Below are positions 21,501 through 31,948 of a stretch of DNA of 33,418 nt, piece after piece. Made by a program: the position numbers and the translations under genes. The stretch covers positions 1 to 33,418 of the forward strand of contig CALSCP010002169.1 in NCBI GenBank assembly GCA_943704425.1. The letters run 5' to 3'. Numbering within the stretch: position 1 is the first letter of the stretch; every line of letters starts with the position of its first letter. Below the pieces are notes generated by a model. The model saw only the letters and a list, made by a program, of their open reading frames with translations. It searched no databases and was not told the origin of the DNA. This DNA comes from Ministeria vibrans ATCC 50519 (Eukaryota > Protista > Filasterea).

Positions 21501-24127
21501 TGGACACTTGGAAGGCACCCGTGACCACAGTAATATTGCCTGCGTCGCGCACCGATTGCGCACAGGTACCACCATTGGAGCACGGACTGCTTCCACACTC
21601 ATCAATGTCCACCGAGCACAAGGTACCGGTGAAACCGGGCGCACACTGACACGCGAAGGAGCCAACGGTATTCTCGACACAGGTGGCGCCTGTGGACGCT
21701 GCACACGGCTGTGAGGCGCACTCGTCAATGTCCGACTCGCATTGTGCGCCAGTGTAGCCCGAGGGACATGAGCAAAGGAAAGATTCGTCGACATTAGAGC
21801 ATGTGGCGGTGTTCACGCACGGCGACGAATGACATGCGTCGTGAAGCGTCTCGCAGCTCACACCCGTGTAGCCGGCGGCACAGGTGCACACAAATGTACC
21901 GGCTGAGTCGACGCACGAGCCCCCATTGGCACACGGGTTGGAGAGGCATTCGTTGGTGATTGTTTCGCACGCGCTGCCCGTCGTGCCGGCAACACAGGCA
22001 CACGAGTAAGCGTTGACACCGTCGAGACAAGTGGCGCCGTTCACGCACGGGGTTGAGGTGCAGTCATCGAGATTGCTCTCGCAATCGGACCCGGTAAAGC
22101 CCGTGAGACACGTGCAAGTGTACGCGTCGGGAGCGGCAACGGAGGAGCCAAGACGGAGCACGGGACGAATCTTGGGGTCGCTTGCTGCAAAGGCAGACAT
22201 GGTGCACGCGTCGAGTTGAGCGTCGTCGGAAAAGCGCAAAGCCTGCGCGGTGTACCCGACGTTGATGTCGATGGTCACGGCCGTGTCGGCGCTGGACGAG
22301 GCGGACGAATGGCACATGCTAATGACAATGTTGGAAGCGCCATCCCAGACAAACGACGAGGAAAAGTCAAAGTCGAACCAGCCGAGCGTGGGTACAAAAG
22401 GTCCCTGATACACCGGCTGTGCACTTCCTTCGTTGACAAAGCCCGCGTCGAGGGTGCTCAGGGACGTAGCAAGCAACGTGATGGTGAAGGTGTCGATGGA
22501 TGCACCCACCTGTGTCACGTCGAACGAGAGGGTGCTCAGGGCGTCGTTGGGCTGCACATTGAGCGCGAGCAGCTCGCTTGCAAGCACCAGAATTTGCTGA
22601 CGGTTCTTGAGCGACGAGCGTTTAAACGGCGAAAAGTCTGTGTTGGATATCTGGAAGGTGCCCGTCTTGACTTCGTATTGAACAGATGCAGTAAGGGGCA
22701 CCGAGCACGGCGCGCCATTGAGACAGGGACTCGACGCACACTCGTCAATGTCCGACTCACATTGCAGGCCAGTGTAGCCCGCGACACACGTACACGTGAA
22801 CTTGTCAATACCATTGAGACAAGTGCCTGCGTTGCGACAGGGTTGCGACGCACACTGGTCGACTTGGGATTCGCAGCGGTCACCAACAAAGTCGGGTGGG
22901 CACAGACAGGAGAAGGTGGTGACGGTGCCGACGCAGGTAGCGCCGTTGAGGCACGGCTGCGACACACACGCGTTAAGAGCGGTCTCGCAGTACTCGCCGG
23001 TAAACTCGGAAGAGCAAGTGCACACAAAGGAATTGGATGTGGGTGTCGAGCAAGTTCCATTGTTGGTGCAGGGCGACGATGCACACTCATCGACATCCGT
23101 CTCGCACAACACACCGGTGTAGCCAGCGTTGCAAAGACACGCATAGAGATTGTTGATCTTGCTAATAAAACCCAACTGAACGACAGGACGCAGGTTGGTG
23201 GCGCTAGGTGAAAGTGCCGGCAGGGAACAGGCGGCGTCACCGAGCTGGTCGCTGAGACCGACGGCATGAGCGCGAAACGCAATGGGCACGTCGATGGAGA
23301 CTGCCGTGTCGGTACCCATAGCGGGGTCTTCATGGCACGTACTAATAAGAATGTTGGAGGTGCCGTCCCAGGTGAATGTGGTGCCGAAGAGAATTTTGCT
23401 ATAGCCGGCAGTGAGGGTGGGTGTGTAGGCAGCCGGGCCGTATACCTCGAGGGCGGCCGAGTCGTCGATGAAGCCGCCAGAGAGGTCGCTTGTCGTGGTG
23501 TGCATGATGCGCACAGACAAAGAGGCAAGCGAGCTGCCAATGGAGCCGTCGATGGCATAGCCGATCGAGTTGAAATCCGTCAGGGCACCCACACCTTTGG
23601 TCGTGAGTTCGCTGGCTCGAATGAGAATCTGATCACGAACGCGCAACGACGATCGTTTGAAGGGCGAGAAGTCTGTCGAGGCGGTGACGGCCGAGCCAAT
23701 CGTGACAAGCCCCTGCCCAATCGAAAGGAACGAGCAGGTGGCGCCGTTGACGCAGGGCGACGAGAGACATTCATCGACGTCCTCAAGGCATTGTGCGCCT
23801 GTGCGCCCTGCGATGCACTGACAGGTGTACGAGGCGCCGCCGTCCACGCACGTCCCTCCCACTGCGCATGGCGAGCTATCGCAGGCTGAACAAACGCGTG
23901 AGGCGCAATGTAAGTGAATTGGAGCAAAAATAAAGGCGAGAGAGGGAGAACGGAGAACAAGAAAAAAAAAGTGCTTTTTTTGGAAATCTCTCCTCAAACT
24001 GACCGACAGTCAAGTTTGTACGATTGCAGCGAGACGTACCTTGAGCATCTGCGGCGCCGGGCCCCAGCGCAACGACCCCCACAAGCACAGCAAGCAGGAT
24101 CCCTCGGCAAAACAGGCCGTTTCGCAT
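8469..24127 (-). CDS. Giant type-I membrane protein (about 4,889 aa): signal peptide, about 76 Notch-type EGF repeats (six split by large inserts), Cys-rich TNFR/GCC-like unit, ZU5-like domain, one TM, about 525-aa cytoplasmic tail
   Basis: Exons 24127-24040, 23885-19771, 19659-18637, 18376-17771, 17701-16748, 16568-14835, 14713-13448 and 13352-8469 sum to 14,670 nt, with GT-AG introns and frame kept. Signal peptide [28 protein letters not shown]. Repeats follow [36 protein letters not shown] (hand count 76). [24 protein letters not shown] (about 10047-10112) is followed by SRRRRDRR. Confidence 0.9.
9271..9372. repeat. 51-bp tandem duplication within the E/R-rich helical segment of the giant receptor's tail
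   Basis: GCTCGCTCCCGTTCTCTTTCAGTT(A/C)GCTCACGCTCAGCGCGTTCCTGCTC occurs at 9271 and 9322. Confidence 0.85.
10165..10620 (-). other. Juxtamembrane ZU5-like domain
   Basis: GGAAGAL...VRLVSGSI...[19 protein letters not shown]...LVL...W..L...TTFGMYAI resembles the ZU5 pattern (GG.l...l.ip.gal...vv...P.g..f...v.l...W...hFs.fa). Recognised by pattern only. Confidence 0.55.
14081..14677 (-). other. Type-B (WDGxSN) insert no. 4, between EGF Cys3 and Cys4 (199 aa)
   Basis: [21 protein letters not shown]...[24 protein letters not shown]...C...RPVLRIG. Confidence 0.85.
14738..14774. repeat. Poly(A) run (poly-T on the transcribed strand) in intron 6 of the giant gene
   Basis: Directly visible. Confidence 0.9.
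15714..16292 (-). other. Type-A (DUF4082-like) insert between EGF Cys3 and Cys4 (193 aa)
   Basis: AGWTF...[23 protein letters not shown]...FRW..L..PVSL...Y...FP...GRFGPN. Confidence 0.8.
16575..16730. repeat. (AAT)n/(ATT)n low-complexity tract filling intron 5 of the giant gene
   Basis: Directly visible; the tract is almost pure A/T. Confidence 0.9.
18527..18597. repeat. (ATT)n microsatellite in intron 3 of the giant gene
   Basis: Directly visible. Confidence 0.95.
18691..19272 (-). other. Type-A (DUF4082-like) insert between EGF Cys3 and Cys4 (194 aa)
   Basis: LGWTF...[29 protein letters not shown]...FRY..L...VTL..G..YVI...FP...GYFGPNF. Confidence 0.82.
20974..21561 (-). other. Type-B (WDGxSN) insert no. 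3 (196 aa)
   Basis: [23 protein letters not shown]...GWTQLDF...[14 protein letters not shown]...C...RPVVQFG. Confidence 0.85.
22117..22704 (-). other. Type-B (WDGxSN) insert no. 2 (196 aa)
   Basis: [23 protein letters not shown]...GWFDFDF...[15 protein letters not shown]...C...RPVLRLG. Confidence 0.85.
23140..23733 (-). other. Type-B (WDGxSN) insert no. 1 (198 aa)
   Basis: [23 protein letters not shown]...GY..I.F...[16 protein letters not shown]...C...RPVVQLG. Confidence 0.85.
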
Positions 24128-24662
24128 TCTCTCTCTCTTTTTTTTTTTTTTTTTTTTTTTTTTGCTTCGCGAAGCACTTTCTGCAAGGCAATTTCGTGTA
24201 TGTGCATTCGCAAGAGCCCTTATTATGGGCGTACTCTGGACCGGTTGAGTCGGTGCTGCCGCTGCGCCCTCATTGGCTTTCCACGAGGGACTCGTCAACC
24301 CTTTTGCGCCCAAAATGTCTCTCCTTCTCCTTTTCCCTCGCGCCTCTACGCCTCCTCCCTTCCAGCCACCCCCGCGCGCCTTCTTTATGCCTCACACCTT
24401 CCCTCTGCTCCTACTCTTGCTGGCATCTTGAACGCCATTTTTTGACGTTTTTTTTTTTTCATTTTGCTCTCATTCATTGTGTCGTTTCTTACGACCCGCG
24501 CTCTCTGCACACGACATCTACTAGAGATGCAAATCCTCTAATCTGAACCCCACTGTGTGGTGCTGTTCAGTTTTTACGCATAAATGAGACGTGAAACGCT
24601 CTTTTTTTTTTTTTTTTTTTCGCTCCGCTCATCACGTTTTCTGCCAATTCGTCCTCCATTAG

Positions 24663-26719
<2,057 letters not shown>

Positions 26720-27189
26720 CGTGTGTACTATCCAGATGCTGAGAGAGAGGGAGAGAGCGTGTGTGCGAGTGAGTGCGAGTGTGCCCGTGTGATTGAGAGA
26801 ATGGCTCCAAACAACAAAAAAAAACCCACAAGAAAATGGAATAATAAGGAACAGCGCGAAAACGAAATGCGCAAAAATTGTGTAACACAAAAGTGAGACG
26901 AAAATGGAGAGGAGAAAAAAAATAACTGTAATTGTTTTTTTCTTTTACTGTCCATTGGAAAGAAAATGAAAATTGTTTTTTATTATTGCCACAAAAATAT
27001 AATTGAGACCATTCAGAACAGATAGAAATTCAAAAAGTGAAAACTGAAAAAGAGGGAGAAAGAAACAAGTGATAGAGAGAAGAGAGAGAGAGAGAGTGTG
27101 TGTGTGTGTGTGTGTACTACTAGCCAACAATTACAATATGAAAAATGTCTGCCCTGTCCCACCCATTCATTTCCATTCCTTGACTTCCT

Positions 27190-27528
27190 TTATGAGGGCT
27201 GACTCGTAGCCTGCACCTGCAGAATCGCATTGACCAGATTCTGCACTGCGAGGATGGTTGAGCCGTCGTTTTGACCTGTGATGACATTTCCGTCCACAAC
27301 TACGTGAACTCGGTCCGGTCGTGCCGCTAAATCATTATAATAATTAGTATGATAATGATTTTGGTTACGTCTATTAGTTATTTTGATTTTGGGTTACCGC
27401 AGAAAGTGCCCATGTTTTGTTTGATAAAGTCTTCAAGGACAAGCTCTTGGGTCTTGAATCGCTCGTGGCGCACTTCTTCCATAATAGAGGGCTGAAAAGT
27501 GAAGAAAAAAAAAAAGGATAAGGCACAA

Positions 27529-27574
<46 letters not shown>

Positions 27575-28298
27575 GGGTTCTAACCCCTGTCAGAGAGTAA
27601 TCATGAAGAATCCATTTGTCTGTGGCTTTGCCGGCCAGTCGGGCCGCGGCAAGAGCAGCAACACCATACCCAATGGCACAAACGAGCTCTACACAAGGCA
27701 AGGCAAAAAGAAAAGTAAAAAAAGGAGCGGATACAGGTGAGAGAAGTGGGAGACAGGAGAGGAGACGCAATAAAAGACACAATATACCAACACCATTTCG
27801 TACTGTCTGCTTTGAGAAACTCTTGCACGAGTCGCCCAAGAGAAACGTTCTTTGCTAAGTCGGTCAATGCTCTACGCACAAAAAGGGTTGGCGGAGAGAA
27901 AGGCAAAGCAGAGAGAGAAGCGGTCGTCTCTGGAGGGTACCCATAGCCTGAGGGAAAGAGGAGCGCTGAGAAGTCGCTCGCCTCAACGCTGTCAATTGCT
28001 GCAGGGATTGATGTCGCCTTGGACTGGAATTCGGTGAGCCATCTTCGACTGCCTGAGTTCTGGTTGAGAAAAGGTTGAAAACGACAAAATCAGTGTGGCA
28101 AAAAAAAAAAAAGCCCTCTCTGTGCAACGCAAAGGCATTGTTTGAGGATACCGAATCAACAAACTCAGGCTTGACAGCATTTGGGGTGGCAATGGTCACT
28201 TTGAAGGCGGCGGCGGCCAGAGTAAACGCATGAATAAACGAGTTGGTGCTGGTGGCCCTGGCCGAGCACACGATCAGGCACCGGGGTTCCGTTGTCAT
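27190..28298 (-). CDS. GATD1: GATD1/PDDC1-type DJ-1/PfpI superfamily protein
   Basis: Exons 28298-28152, 28059-27941, 27871-27804, 27688-27585, 27491-27398 and 27326-27190 keep consistent phases. The product CLIVCS...SFIHAFTLAAAAF...ATP...EFVD...RWLTEF...ALLFPSGYGALTDLA...VCAIGYGVAAL...W...YSLTGPS..E.VR...LVLEDFIK...VHVVVDGNVITGQNDGST..AVQNL follows human GATD1 along its length (from memory). Confidence 0.85.
27531..27572. repeat. (TG)n microsatellite in GATD1 intron 4
   Basis: Directly visible. Confidence 0.95.
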
Positions 28299-28484
28299 GT
28301 CGACGATCTGCTATGCACGGCTGTAGCTCAATCAAGTGCGTCACAGCCTGAAAACGGAGAAAAGGCTGAATAATTTTAAATTTTTAACATGATAATAATA
28401 ATAGTTATAACATATTATTGTAATTTGTATGTCTCTCACTGTCGCGTGAGTTGCACAGTCTGACAGTCTCACTCATTTTTGTCA

Positions 28485-30276
28485 ATGAAACCCCACCACG
28501 GGGGGCTTGCTATCGCAGCCGCCTGCCTACTTGTGTGGATCTTTTTCGCTTCATCAGGAAATAACCGTAAGGGCTCAAGTGATCACTGAGAATCGGCTCA
28601 CGCTCAACTTTGCAGCGCCACTGCCGGCCGCTGTGTGCCCACTGGCCTCCGGGGATGCCCCTGGACGCGTCATTGCCAACTACGATGATAGACCGTTGCT
28701 TCTTTTGGGGGCTCTTGGCGCAACGAGCGTTGCGCTGGTGCAGCGCATTTGCAGCGGACGCCAAACCTGTTCCGTTGTGCTTGTGAGCGACTTTGGCGAC
28801 TGGATGGGCGATCACCAGGCGGCCTACTGGCGAAACCACGACTACCTGGTGCACACGCTGGCCAAGTCCTACCCGGGATTTCGTTTGCGCATTGAAAATG
28901 TACCGCTGTGTGCCAAACGCTCTGCGGCCGACACACTTGCGCGCCTTCTTGACGAAATCCAGTTTGCACGCATCGTCGTAGTCGACGAGTGGGAGACGCA
29001 CGAGGACGACTGGAAGCGTGATCACGTTCGTTTTCGTCCCGAGCGTCCCACTCGCGTCGAGTGTGTCGATTCCGTGCTCAGTGCGCTGGAGGCACACCGC
29101 GATGGGTTTGTCTATGTGCGCTCCTCGCCTGGCGTCAGTGTCCTGGAGGATCCCTGGGAGTCGCACGTTGTAGTGGACGCGGTCAATGACTGGCACACAC
29201 GGCGGGCGCTTGACGCGAGGGTTGTCACAGCAAGCGCCCCTGTCTGGGGTCTGTGGACAGCGGTTGCAGATCCAGTGGGCACAGTGGTGTCCGCAGACGA
29301 CGTGGCTGCGGCTGCACACCGTTTGACGCTGGTAGACACGCTTCTTGAAGAAGGTTGCCTCCATGTGCGTGTCTCAGCAGTGGGCAACTATGCCGAATTG
29401 TCCAGCCAGGTGGCGGCTTGGCGTGCGCTTGTGGACGAGCGTGAGCGCGCGCGACGCCAGTCTACCGATCCCTGGCGCCAGGTTGTCTTTACATCGTACT
29501 TTACCACCAAGGAAGACCCGCAACGGGCGGTGCGAGGACGACAGCAAGCCAACCGCTACGAGTACATGGCTGCGTGGTACGAGTCCCTTGTGGCCCTTGA
29601 CATGCGTGGAGTGATCTTTCACGACGGTCTGCGCTCCGGCTTCATTGAGAGCGTGTCGCGCGTCGGTGGCGACAAGGTGCGCTTCCATCGCGTTGGCTCT
29701 CTCGCACATGGCCGCATGGCCAACTTTTCGCTGAATGATGTGCGCTTTTTCCACTATCTCGACTATTTGGTGGACCATCCGGAGATTGAGCGAGCATTCC
29801 TGACCGACATTTCCGATGTACGCTTCCAACGCAGCCCCTTTGAGCTCATGGACATTCTGCAGCACACGGACGACACTGCCGAAAGCGACGCACTACATTC
29901 CCAGCAGCGCCTCTATGTAGGACGTGACATTGCCTTCTTCGACTCCATCCACGCCATTGGCTGGCTCCAACCGCGTCTTGCCCTATGCTTTCCCCCCCAC
30001 ACACTGCCTCCCGGCACCCTCCCTGCCGTCATACACCTCCAGCACGTCTACAACGCCGGTATCCTGGGTGCCCCCCGTCTGCCCCTTATTCGCCTCCTCA
30101 CCGCCCTCACCGCCCTTCTTCAGCTCACTCCACGACACGCTAACTGCAACATGGCCGTCGTCAACGTCGTCCTCCATCGCTACTTTGACGATGCCATCTT
30201 CACAGGGTTCCCCCTCTCCTCTCTCTTCATGCACTATCAGGTCGATCCACGCGGCGTCTACCTCGTCCACAAATAA
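28485..30276 (+). CDS. Type-II membrane, putative GT-A-fold glycosyltransferase (about 580 aa) with a degenerate Rossmann/epimerase-like N-terminal half
   Basis: Exon 28485-28566 (MKPHHGGLAIAAACLLVWIFFASSG, signal anchor) splices through a 49-nt GT-AG intron into the long ORF at 28616. The C-terminal half has FTSYF...DPQR, IFHDGL, SLNDVRF, FLTDISDV..QRSPF (DxxD motif), YNAGILG, NCNMAVVN and a terminal HK. Confidence 0.65.
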
Positions 30277-30318
30277 CGTCTTACTTTTTATACACCATTG
30301 TACATTTTTGCTGTCCTG

Positions 30319-30337
30319 TTACTTTTTCTAAATATAC

Positions 30338-30374
<37 letters not shown>

Positions 30375-31625
30375 AGAGTAACTGATACTTAAATTTCCGT
30401 TTGCAAACCTTTCGTGACCGTGAACTGAGCGTGAAGTCGGCATCTTCATCTACTTTGCGCTTCCTTTTGGAGGGTTGTTTTGGCTTTTTAGCGGTGGTTG
30501 GGACGGAGGTTGGTTGTGGGGGCTGTTGAGGTGGAAGTGAAAGAGGCGCGGAGGGGAGTGGAGGAGGAGGTACTAAGTGGGAGAGGGAAAGGGAAGAAGA
30601 GGGAAGGGGACGGGAGGAGGAGGGGATTGGAGGGTGTTCGATGATGGAGCGGAGAGGGGGATCGGACGAGGAGCGATGGAAGAGAAGTAGTGAATGAATG
30701 AGTGGCGTTGTTGTGGTTAGAGAGGTTGTGGTCCCGGAAAGAACAATTTTAATGTGGGCAGTGGAGGCGTTGCAGGCAATGTTGGAGAGTGCGATGAGGG
30801 TGTCTGTTGGAGGGGAGGACGGGGCCGTGGGGTGCATGGAGACGAGCTGTGCGTTGAAATGGTTGAAGAGAGTGCTACCAGCGCGAAGAAGAAACTAAAA
30901 AAGTGAGAAGAAGAATACATAATAAAATAATGTTTATGATTATTCTAATAAAGTGTCTGACCCACCTGAACTTTCCATCCGACGAGAGGGACGGATGTTG
31001 AGATTGAGAGAGTGCCTCTGAACCAAAGGACGCCATCCTGGACCCACTCGCTGACATTCTGATAGTTGTGTGTGCAAGGAACAGCGGCAGGAGAAGGTGG
31101 TGGCAAGCGTCCAGCTGGTGGGAGAGACACAGGTGTATCGATGGGTGTTGGAGGGGCAGACGAAAGGTTTGCTTGAAGCCGAGGTTGTGCTTGTGCTTGT
31201 GCTTGTGCTTGTGCTTGTGCTTGTGCTTGTGCTTGTGCTTGTGCTTGTGCTTGTGCTTGTTCTTGTGCCTGTGCCTGTGTCTGTGCCTGCTGTCGGTGCT
31301 GTTGGTAGAAGGGAGCAGCCTGTGGCTCAGTGGACCGTCCCGAGTCGTCTTTGTGAAACTGTTGCATGAGCAGCTTTTGGTGTCGCTGCAGTTGGAAGAG
31401 TCTCGCCTGGCGCAGCGTCTCATTGTGATCTGCATCTGGATGCGCTGGTGCGTGTTGGGCAAGCGCAGGTGCTGGTGCTGGTGCTGGTGCTGGAGCAGGC
31501 GCGGCAAATGGTGGCAATGGTTGGGCTGGCGGGAAGGGCGCCAAAGACAGGGGCGACTCGCCGACTTCGCGAAGCAACGAGTCCAGGTCAAAGTCATCTG
31601 GCCCGTCAAAAGGGCCCATTGCCAT
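30319..31625 (-). CDS. Uncharacterised protein: acidic N-terminus, PA/QA repeats, CBM2-like segment, Pro/Ser-rich region, basic NLS-like C-terminus
   Basis: Exons 31625-30966 and 30894-30409 join in phase 0. The gene ends either by read-through to the stop at 30373 or through a GT-AG intron to a 9-nt last exon at 30327-30319 (KK*). Confidence 0.6.
30342..30372. repeat. (TG)n microsatellite
   Basis: Directly visible; probably intronic in the minus-strand gene. Confidence 0.95.
31185..31275. repeat. (GCTTGT)n hexanucleotide repeat encoding poly-(QA) on the minus strand
   Basis: Directly visible. Confidence 0.95.
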
Positions 31626-31948
31626 GGTGTCCGAGAGATTGCCTCAAATTAATTTGTGATCATGAGACAAATTAGTCGATATACGACTAATTATATTATT
31701 ATGAACTCCCCGTCGGATATCCAACAAATTAATCAATTGTGGGTTGAACTGCTGTCGCCTGTCGGGCTGTGGCTGTTTGTTCTGATAGCATTCAGCAAAC
31801 CAACTTCTTTTGTCTCCCTTCAAGGTCACCCTTCAGTGTGAACTCCACGTGAACTCCCAATATTCTTAAACATCCCAAAATAAGTCTACTTGTCACTCGA
31901 GAGTCGAGACAGTCATCTTCTAACTTCTTTATCTTTCTTAAACGCGCC

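Noticed and set aside
14081-23733. Inserts as inteins, retained introns or bacterial contamination
   Set aside because: They lack intein C-terminal HN-C/S/T ends. They are stop-free, in frame, exon-like in composition and conserved at protein level among copies, and they sit within spliced eukaryotic genes.
10800-23885. CRISPR-like periodic motif (GCACACTCGTCAATGTC about every 114-120 bp)
   Set aside because: This is the reverse complement of the DIDEC codons of tandem EGF repeats. It is degenerate at synonymous sites, lies in a eukaryotic gene, and there are no cas genes.
4116-23960. Numerous long antisense and alternate-frame ORFs over the EGF genes (e.g. 4295-5512, 22216-23211, 22536-23558)
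   Set aside because: They are shadow ORFs expected from GC-rich, repetitive coding sequence and have no recognisable motifs.
8469-24127. Calling the giant gene Notch, Crumbs or fibrillin
   Set aside because: It lacks LNR, ankyrin, laminin-G and TB domains. Only the EGF repeat type is shared.
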